In this document: positions 19,080 to 25,897 of the stretch, in pieces | How the letters are laid out: each line of letters starts with the position of its first letter | Position numbering within the stretch: position 1 is the stretch's first letter | Virus record (IMG/VR): IMGVR_UViG_3300020044_011308 | Span: 5,070 to 69,069 of that record | Length of the DNA: 64,000 bases | Strand: one strand, 5' to 3' | Source of the DNA: a virus | Lineage: Duplodnaviria > Caudoviricetes | Position numbers and translations under genes: made by a program | The notes under the pieces: generated by a model | Told to the model about the DNA's origin: nothing | Database searches by the model: none | The model's input: the letters and a program-made list of their open reading frames with translations, nothing else

Positions 19080-19874
19080 TTAAAGTCCATTTATTGTGCG
19101 AAACATTTCTACATTAAAATCTACAAGATCCTCGTTAACAAATTCTTTGCTTATATCTTGGTGTTTGTTCATATTGGCCATTGGTTTTAAATGTAATCCC
19201 ATTTTTGTATATGGCATTTCACCAATTGCTGCCATAATTGGATTTGAGGTATCAATAGATTCAATAAATGGCATATTTTTATACATTCCAAATTCAATAG
19301 GGGAAGCAGTTCCAAGTAAATGGATTCGATCTGTATTGACGATTGTTTTATCTCTAAACATGGTAGAAATTACCATGAATCTTCCAATAGCTTTACCTAA
19401 ATCTTGGTTTGGATGTGGGCAAATATCATTGTAGTATGAAGCACCATATGAAAATGCAATTTTCTTGTATCCTAAATCTTTATATGCTTGAACACATAAA
19501 TTAGCTTCGTGTAAACTTTTTGCTTGCACAACAGCTACTTTAGTTGTATTTTCTGGGAGTTGGATGTTTGCCCATTGTTTTGCATTGCGGATTGAAGCTG
19601 AATAGTCTTCCCAAACATCAGGTACAATGAATTCATTCGGTTCAAGTTTATTTGCCCAATACATTAAACGGTCTGTACTATATGCTTCTCCAAGTTCATG
19701 GAGTGAATTGTCCATTACAATATAGCGTGCTATATTTTTTGAATTTTGAAAAAATACACGATATTCTTCGTTTTCATCCATTAAATGGGGTAAACAATAA
19801 TCGTAATCGTTAAATTCTCTACTTTTTGTCAATAGACAAAATGGTACTTCGTGGCTAATTTTTACTTTTTTCAT
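19080..19874 (-). CDS. Divergent tRNA-guanine transglycosylase-fold protein (DpdA-like base exchanger candidate)
   Basis: TGT-like motif order IVMDNS, IVPDV, AVVQ, IHLLG, SIDTS; no C-terminal Zn site; adjacent to the preQ0 genes. Confidence 0.7.
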   Translation of the reverse strand: MKKVKISHEVPFCLLTKSREFNDYDYCLPHLMDENEEYRVFFQNSKNIARYIVMDNSLHELGEAYSTDRLMYWANKLEPNEFIVPDVWEDYSASIRNAKQWANIQLPENTTKVAVVQAKSLHEANLCVQAYKDLGYKKIAFSYGASYYNDICPHPNQDLGKAIGRFMVISTMFRDKTIVNTDRIHLLGTASPIEFGMYKNMPFIESIDTSNPIMAAIGEMPYTKMGLHLKPMANMNKHQDISKEFVNEDLVDFNVEMFRTINGL

Positions 19875-19879
19875 GTTAA

Positions 19880-20128
19880 TTAATTTTCTACGTATACATG
19901 TTCGTATGATTCTATAGCTATTGATTCTAGGTTTGCAAAACGAGATGCATCATATCCTATCCAACGTAGTCCCATTTTAGTTGTTCCTTCATTTTTTATT
20001 CCATCTATAATAAACACTCGTTGATCGTAATTGTTTAAAAATTCTTCAACAACTTCATATTCTTTTCCATTTACAACTTCAGCACCCTCAGGTAACTTTC
20101 TATCATTGATACAAACTACTTTTTTCAT
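19880..20128 (-). CDS. Hypothetical protein
   Basis: MKKVVCIND start, ATGA-coupled to the SLT gene. Confidence 0.7.
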   Translation of the reverse strand: MKKVVCINDRKLPEGAEVVNGKEYEVVEEFLNNYDQRVFIIDGIKNEGTTKMGLRWIGYDASRFANLESIAIESYEHVYVEN

Positions 20129-20646
20129 CTCCAATCTATTTTATGATTATATACTCTTTCTGCGTATCCATTTACTCTAGGGTAACCAGTGTTGTAATAT
20201 CCAAATACAATTTTCCAATTTTTATATTGGTTATGTAACATTCTTAAATATTTCATTGAGGTCATTATGTTATACTTTACATCATTTAACAATATTTCTT
20301 TAGATACTTGATCTTTGTTTACCCAACGTGCAGTTGATTTTAAAACTTGCATAGGCCCTAAAGCTCCGGTAGGGGATATTTGAGTATTTTTATATTTCCA
20401 ATGAAATGGACCTTTATATCCTGTTTCTAACGATGCTATTCCATATGCATATTGTCTAGGGATATTAAATGAATCTGCATAAAATTCAATACAACTATAT
20501 ACTTGAATGCAAGGTGGGTCAGTTACATTTACTGTAAAACTTTTTCTTATTGGGGATGTGACGACTTCTTCAGGGGTTAAAAGCCTAAAGGAGGATATAA
20601 CCGCTAAAAATATAGCGGCTACACCCAAAAATTTTAATTTATTCAT
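20125..20646 (-). CDS. Lytic transglycosylase (SLT domain) with N-terminal hydrophobic anchor
   Basis: Catalytic ET (SLETG), SPTGALGPMQV, YNTG. Confidence 0.85.
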   Translation of the reverse strand: MNKLKFLGVAAIFLAVISSFRLLTPEEVVTSPIRKSFTVNVTDPPCIQVYSCIEFYADSFNIPRQYAYGIASLETGYKGPFHWKYKNTQISPTGALGPMQVLKSTARWVNKDQVSKEILLNDVKYNIMTSMKYLRMLHNQYKNWKIVFGYYNTGYPRVNGYAERVYNHKIDWR

Positions 20647-20956
20647 TTACATTTGCATTTTGATAAATTCTATTTGAATACATTTTAAATATTGTCATTC
20701 CAATTGAATCTGAATACATTTGGTAGTTTCCACTTGCACGGTCAATTAACATTAATTCATTTCCTTCATTTACCGCAATTGATACATTAGAGGTGGAATA
20801 AATATTTGAATATGCATTTGATTTTGGTGTAGGTGGATAATTTTGGGTATATCTTCCAATGAAAAATCCTAATACTAATGCTCCTACGATTATTCCGTAA
20901 CTAAATACTTTTTTTAATGTTGATAATACTAGTTCTTTATTCATAACTGATTTCAT
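20639..20956 (-). CDS. Single-pass membrane protein
   Basis: TM segment YGIIVGALVLGFFIG. Confidence 0.7.
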   Translation of the reverse strand: MKSVMNKELVLSTLKKVFSYGIIVGALVLGFFIGRYTQNYPPTPKSNAYSNIYSTSNVSIAVNEGNELMLIDRASGNYQMYSDSIGMTIFKMYSNRIYQNANVNE

Positions 20957-20974
20957 ATAACTGGTTTTAGGGGG

Positions 20975-21226
20975 TTACTTTTTTTTAGGTTGTTTAAATT
21001 TTACTGAATTTTTTAGTTCATGGTAAACATGGAGTTCAGATAAAAATGATTGGTTATTTAATGGTGCTTTTTCTACAAATCCACCATGTTCAATTACTTT
21101 GCCATCCGGCATAATTGTTCTTGAAATTCGAACTCCTTTTCGAGGTGGTTGTTTTTTCTTACATAACATTCCAAATCTGCGTAAAAATAATCGAAATTTG
21201 GTTTTAAATGTTTTTGTTGATGTCAT
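20975..21226 (-). CDS. Basic hypothetical protein
   Basis: ATG at 21226 with AATAAAAGTT leader below a Class I promoter. Confidence 0.6.
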   Translation of the reverse strand: MTSTKTFKTKFRLFLRRFGMLCKKKQPPRKGVRISRTIMPDGKVIEHGGFVEKAPLNNQSFLSELHVYHELKNSVKFKQPKKK

Positions 21227-21245
21227 AACTTTTATTTTTATAATT

Positions 21246-21276
21246 AAAATATACAAAAGAAAATTAATATTTCCAA
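21246..21276 (-). promoter_or_regulatory. Class I promoter TTG-N20-TATATTTT
   Basis: Exact 20-nt spacer. Confidence 0.65.
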
Positions 21277-21291
21277 GTTTTTTTAAATATT

Positions 21292-21792
21292 TTAGAATTT
21301 TTTAGGACGACCACGTTTTTCTACTTGTTTTCCAGAACGATCGAATGTTTTTAAACAATACATATAAAATTCTTCAGTTGTACCATCAAAATCTGTAATA
21401 TGATCTTCATATTCTTCTTTTGTCATTACAAATTCACGTAAAAATCCTTTTTTAAGGTTTGATAGTTTACTAGCTTCGTCTGCATTGAAATCCTCTATTA
21501 AACGTTTTCTACGAGCTAGATCTACTCCATTTTTCTCGAGTAATTTTTGTATATCTCCGTTGTATTCTACATATTTTTCGTTGATTTCTAACTCGGATAA
21601 TTTCCATTGCCAGTAGTAATGTGAAAATTCATATTCACCGTTTTTAATGCGATCAATAAATTTAACCCCACGTGGTAATGGTTTGAGTTTGGTATCAAAA
21701 CGTCTCCACCATTTAAATTGGTTGTAATTTAGGGGTTGTAATTTTGATATCTCTTTAAGTACTACTTTTGGATCAGATGTTGTAAATAGCAT
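21292..21792 (-). CDS. Hypothetical protein with C-terminal AT-hook-like KRGRPKK
   Basis: 166-aa ORF. Confidence 0.7.
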   Translation of the reverse strand: MLFTTSDPKVVLKEISKLQPLNYNQFKWWRRFDTKLKPLPRGVKFIDRIKNGEYEFSHYYWQWKLSELEINEKYVEYNGDIQKLLEKNGVDLARRKRLIEDFNADEASKLSNLKKGFLREFVMTKEEYEDHITDFDGTTEEFYMYCLKTFDRSGKQVEKRGRPKKF

Positions 21793-21806
21793 AACCTTTA
21801 TTTTCT

Positions 21807-21837
21807 TAAATATACTAAAAGTATTTTAAAAAGCCAA
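21807..21837 (-). promoter_or_regulatory. Class I promoter TTG-N20-TATATTTA
   Basis: Exact 20-nt spacer. Confidence 0.7.
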
Positions 21838-21843
21838 GTTTAC

Positions 21844-22722
21844 TTAAATTTTCTCTAAAATTTTAGGGATATCAAACATTTCCTCTAAACTGTAATATGG
21901 ACATTCATGAGTAACTCCCTCAAAAGAATAATCAAATAAATAAGCATCAATTAATTTTGTTGTATCAGTTGGGGTATTTGCAATTATGTTATTGTGAAGT
22001 GCATATCCAAAGTTTTTTGGAGAAGTTCCAATCCAAAATACTGTTGAGGGAACATTTAATGCTACTGCAGCATGTTGTAAACTAGAATCAATTAATATAC
22101 GTTTATCACTTACCGCTAACAATGTAAATAGTTCCATAGCAGATAGGGTATAGTCTAAAATTTCAGCTCCCTCAATTTTAAATGAGGTTGGTTTACATAC
22201 TTGTATAATGTGGTGGGTTTCTCTATATTTGTTAGCTATCTGGGCTGCTAGATTGAATGGGATATCTCTTGTCCAAGAATAGCCTAAATCGCTATTTAAT
22301 ATGCCTCCGTTAGTTTGGATTAATAGAATTGGTTTTTCTCGATTCCATTTTGTAGCATTTAATTGATGTATAAAATTAAAATTTAAAACAGGGGATTGGT
22401 TTTTGTATTCAATATCTAATATTTTACACCAATTTGCAATTAGATGTTTGTTTTTTAATATATGTTGTGTTTCATAGTATGGTTCATGTTTAAATACTAT
22501 TGTATCTTTATTTTTAATGTAGTCATCGTAAAAATATTGAGTTGAACCTAATCTATATACTCTGTAAACTGATGGCAAATTTAAAAATATTTCAGGGTAT
22601 GAAGCTACTACAACTATTTTCCTTTCTGGGTGTTTTTCTTTTAAACTACTTAATAATGATGTAGCAGCAATGTTTTTTCCTAGGCCACCTTCAATGTGCC
22701 AAACTATGTATTTTTCTTCCAT
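21844..22722 (-). CDS. GT9-like (heptosyltransferase-fold) glycosyltransferase
   Basis: GGLGKNIA (compare xxLGD) and DSSLQHAAVALNVPSTVFW (compare DSGxxHxAxA). Confidence 0.75.
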   Translation of the reverse strand: MEEKYIVWHIEGGLGKNIAATSLLSSLKEKHPERKIVVVASYPEIFLNLPSVYRVYRLGSTQYFYDDYIKNKDTIVFKHEPYYETQHILKNKHLIANWCKILDIEYKNQSPVLNFNFIHQLNATKWNREKPILLIQTNGGILNSDLGYSWTRDIPFNLAAQIANKYRETHHIIQVCKPTSFKIEGAEILDYTLSAMELFTLLAVSDKRILIDSSLQHAAVALNVPSTVFWIGTSPKNFGYALHNNIIANTPTDTTKLIDAYLFDYSFEGVTHECPYYSLEEMFDIPKILEKI

Positions 22723-22725
22723 TTT

Positions 22726-23172
22726 TTATTTTTTTGATCCTATTCTAATGTACTTATACCAAACACGTTCGTGAAAGAAATAAATTACAGGTTTAAGTAC
22801 TAATTCACCTACTCCAAGCATAGATGAAACTTCTAAAGAAGCACCTAAAGAATAAGCTATTATTACTGTAGTTAATGTACCTAAAATACGATACGATATT
22901 GTTTTTAGTATGTGTCGAGTCATCACTGATTCCTCTTTAATAGTTACTATGTATGCTATATTATTTTTAATACTAACATACCCCTCACAGCTAATATGCC
23001 ATTTGTAATCTTTGATATCTTGCATCCAATCTTTAGAAGTGGATGTGTGTCCATCTACTACAATGTTAGATACTAAAATTTCTTCACCATCGGTAATCAA
23101 TCTCCAACGATCTTCTTCGCATGTAGATACTGTGTTAAATCTAATCTGGAATTGCTTTGACTTTGTATTCAT
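22726..23172 (-). CDS. DUF2061-like membrane domain protein
   Basis: RHILKTISYRILGT...YFFHERVW. Confidence 0.75.
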   Translation of the reverse strand: MNTKSKQFQIRFNTVSTCEEDRWRLITDGEEILVSNIVVDGHTSTSKDWMQDIKDYKWHISCEGYVSIKNNIAYIVTIKEESVMTRHILKTISYRILGTLTTVIIAYSLGASLEVSSMLGVGELVLKPVIYFFHERVWYKYIRIGSKK

Positions 23173-23573
23173 AACTTTCCTTCTTTACGCATTTGTTCTC
23201 TAACTTTTGTTGCTGAAATATCGTGTATTTCTTGAGGTGGTGTATGTTCAATAATATCATAGCCAACTCCTCTACCAAATTCAACTGAGCATATGTCAGG
23301 GATAATACTAACTTTAACTTTACCTTGTCCACAAAGTTCTTTATATTCGTTTTCAATATTTTCAAGTACTTCTTGAGCATTAAATGGGTTGGATTCTGTT
23401 GTTTCAACATCTCTGATTGCAATCCAAACATTTTTACCTTCATTTAAAGCTTGTTGAAATAATGCTTTATGCCCATCATGTAGTGGTTGCCAACGACCAA
23501 TAAACATTGCATATTGATTCGGTTTAGATTCTAGGGATGATTGTACGTGTACTTTTTTACTCCAATTTTTCAT
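23169..23573 (-). CDS. HxGH (cytidylyltransferase-like) nucleotidyltransferase
   Basis: FIGRWQPLHDGH, NPF, ISATKVRE; ATGA-coupled to cysC. Confidence 0.85.
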   Translation of the reverse strand: MKNWSKKVHVQSSLESKPNQYAMFIGRWQPLHDGHKALFQQALNEGKNVWIAIRDVETTESNPFNAQEVLENIENEYKELCGQGKVKVSIIPDICSVEFGRGVGYDIIEHTPPQEIHDISATKVREQMRKEGKL

Positions 23574-23995
23574 AACTTTATAATTTTGTTTATACAATTT
23601 TCAACTGAAATGTTTGTTGTATCTATGTTGATATAATTTGATGTAGGGGGTTGATAATCTTTTACGTGAAAATTTTCTCTGCCTCTGATATCTGTTGTAT
23701 GAACATAAATCTCTTGAATTAAATCTCCAAGTTTTTCTTTAAATTCTTCTCTTTGATCTTTATATGGAGAAACTAAAGAAACAACTACATTACATTCTTT
23801 TTTAGATAGGAAATGGGATATATGTTGAGCTAAAGCAATATTTTTACGGCGTCCATCTTCGCTATAATCTTTATTATCAAATATATCTCGTAAATCATCA
23901 CCATCTATGTGAAATGTATTTTCTAATTGCTGTTTTAACGCGCTTGCTAAAACTGTTTTTCCAGCTCCTGGCTGGCCTGTAAACCAATAAATCAT
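23570..23995 (-). CDS. cysC: Adenylylsulfate (APS) kinase
   Basis: WFTGQPGAGKT, IDGDDLR, YSEDGR, SLVSPY, YQPP. Confidence 0.88.
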   Translation of the reverse strand: MIYWFTGQPGAGKTVLASALKQQLENTFHIDGDDLRDIFDNKDYSEDGRRKNIALAQHISHFLSKKECNVVVSLVSPYKDQREEFKEKLGDLIQEIYVHTTDIRGRENFHVKDYQPPTSNYINIDTTNISVENCINKIIKL

Positions 23996-24003
23996 AACCT
24001 TTT

Positions 24004-24825
24004 TTAAATATAATTAAATGCTTTAAAATACCAATCGTAATGTTGTTTTAATCGATCACTTTGTTCTTGACCTAAAATTTCAATGTAATCATCTTTTACT
24101 GGTTTTATTTGAGGTTGTATTTTGTGGTCTCCAAACATACCATGTATAATATCATTTTCTTGGGTTAATTGTTCAACATTATTAAAATCGTGTTTAAAAT
24201 ATGGCAATTCTAAATAATTGTATACTCTTTTAATTTCTGTTTCTGGATCAGTAGTAAAATCTTCAAAACGGATAAATAAAATATCTTTATCTAATCCTCT
24301 ATGAACAACATCTGCTAACCATTCCATTGAAGGACCAATTGGAGGAGCAACCGAAAAATGATCTATACGAGAAACTGTAGTCATATTTTTCAATTCAACA
24401 TTATTGATAATAAGTGAATCTTTATCTGGGTTTTTACGTAGGTTTTTTTCCATTGAAGCAAATACCGCTCTTAAGTCTCGCACCATGCATATGATTTTAG
24501 GTTTTTCTTCATTGAAGAATTCAAGAAAATCATAATGGCCTAACCATCCTCTACTTTTTTCCATTACGTAAGGACGATCTGTTATTTCTTCAAAGAAACC
24601 GTGCAATCCGTATTTGCAAAAACCTTTAAAACCATTTTTCATAGTTTCAGCATCTTGTGCTTTAAAGGCATCTCCTGTTGTATAAATAGTTCTTGCGTTT
24701 AACAAAAATTCTATTATACCTGAAGTTGGAGTTGAGTAAATTTCAGGGTTTTGCATCATTACATTTTGTAATAATGTAGATCCCGCCCGTGGGAGGGATG
24801 CATTGTAAAATATTTTTTTATCCAT
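24004..24825 (-). CDS. PAPS-dependent sulfotransferase
   Basis: 5'-PSB loop SLPRAGSTLL, 3'-PB motif RDLRAVFAS, RFEDF. Confidence 0.88.
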   Translation of the reverse strand: MDKKIFYNASLPRAGSTLLQNVMMQNPEIYSTPTSGIIEFLLNARTIYTTGDAFKAQDAETMKNGFKGFCKYGLHGFFEEITDRPYVMEKSRGWLGHYDFLEFFNEEKPKIICMVRDLRAVFASMEKNLRKNPDKDSLIINNVELKNMTTVSRIDHFSVAPPIGPSMEWLADVVHRGLDKDILFIRFEDFTTDPETEIKRVYNYLELPYFKHDFNNVEQLTQENDIIHGMFGDHKIQPQIKPVKDDYIEILGQEQSDRLKQHYDWYFKAFNYI

Positions 24826-24845
24826 AAACTTTATTTAATATAAAA

Positions 24846-24876
24846 CTAACATACAGAAATTTTTTTAAATTTCCAA
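24846..24876 (-). promoter_or_regulatory. Class I promoter TTG-N20-TATGTTAG
   Basis: Exact 20-nt spacer; heads the sulfation operon. Confidence 0.55.
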
Positions 24877-24891
24877 ATGTTTTTTTAAAAA

Positions 24892-25167
24892 TTATACTTC
24901 TTCAGTTTCTATATCTTCTATAATAGGTTCTGCAGTGTATGAATTTCCATTTGCTATACAACTATTAATATCTGTTAATTGTTGTTGTGTTAATGCCTCT
25001 AAAAACCATTCTTTTGATAACATTATTTCTAAATGTTGGACATTTCTTGTAACGGTAGATTTGTTATTATCATTTACTATTTCTAAAATAGTATTGTTAA
25101 TTAAATTAACTGAATCAAAAGCTGCACTTATTGATTGTTGAGGGTCTTGTGTGTTTAATTCTTCCAT
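24892..25167 (-). CDS. Hypothetical protein (fibre-associated)
   Basis: 91-aa ORF downstream of the fibre genes. Confidence 0.65.
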   Translation of the reverse strand: MEELNTQDPQQSISAAFDSVNLINNTILEIVNDNNKSTVTRNVQHLEIMLSKEWFLEALTQQQLTDINSCIANGNSYTAEPIIEDIETEEV

Positions 25168-25296
25168 TTTGTTTTGTTTGTTTATTTTGTTTGTTTTAAA
25201 TATTAATATATTTTTGTATTGTTATTGTTTAATAAAAATAATATGTTATTAAGATCATTTTTTGTAAAAAAGTTTAATTCAAGTAGCATATATGGT

Positions 25297-25623
25297 TTAA
25301 GTTATTTCCATATAAGATAATAGTGTGTCAGAACCACTTAGAAATGGTGTACTAATTTTTAATGAATCACCAGTCTGTAATACTATTGTATCTGATATAG
25401 GTTGAAATGATGTTTGAACCGGAACTGTTGCCCCTGAAATTAAATAATAATTAGTAGCCGATCCACTCTTGCTTAAAATAACATCTATGGTAACTCCACT
25501 AGAAGATACATTTGCAATGTATAAACTTTTTACAAGAGTAGTTGTACCTAAGGGTGATGTGTAAATTGTTGTAGAACCACTTGCGTTAAGTTTGTTTGCG
25601 TTTATTTTGTAAGTATTAGCCAT
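25297..25623 (-). CDS. Small beta-rich putative virion protein
   Basis: MANTYK...TIYTSP...LYIANVS; Ser/Thr-rich, in the fibre operon. Confidence 0.65.
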   Translation of the reverse strand: MANTYKINANKLNASGSTTIYTSPLGTTTLVKSLYIANVSSSGVTIDVILSKSGSATNYYLISGATVPVQTSFQPISDTIVLQTGDSLKISTPFLSGSDTLLSYMEIT

Positions 25624-25879
25624 TATTTTGTATATTGTTTGTTTCGATTAATAAAGGTTTAGATAGTCCCATTGTGTATACTTCAGGATACCATTCTATT
25701 TGAAAAAATTCATAAGCTTCTTGTTCTGTGTCAAACCAATACCATCCATCTATTGGATAGGTATAAGTATCTTTTTCTTCTCTTAGCAGTTTGTATTGGT
25801 CATAAGGCCCGAATACATAATTGAGGCCATATATCACTATTCCGCTTGGGTCTACTTTATAAAATCCTGATGTGTTCAT
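25616..25879 (-). CDS. Hypothetical protein (possible fibre chaperone)
   Basis: YTYPIDGWYWFD; directly after the fibre gene. Confidence 0.65.
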   Translation of the reverse strand: MNTSGFYKVDPSGIVIYGLNYVFGPYDQYKLLREEKDTYTYPIDGWYWFDTEQEAYEFFQIEWYPEVYTMGLSKPLLIETNNIQNNG

Positions 25880-25897
25880 ATTCTTTATTTAATATAA

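Noticed and set aside
16505-19080. preQ1 riboswitch upstream of que genes
   Set aside because: Gaps are filled by small ORFs or promoters; the short CACC/GGTG stem near 16533-16546 lacks the aptamer consensus
25168-25296. Very AT-rich intergenic gap as replication origin
   Set aside because: No iterons or stable inverted repeats seen; AT richness alone is uninformative in this genome
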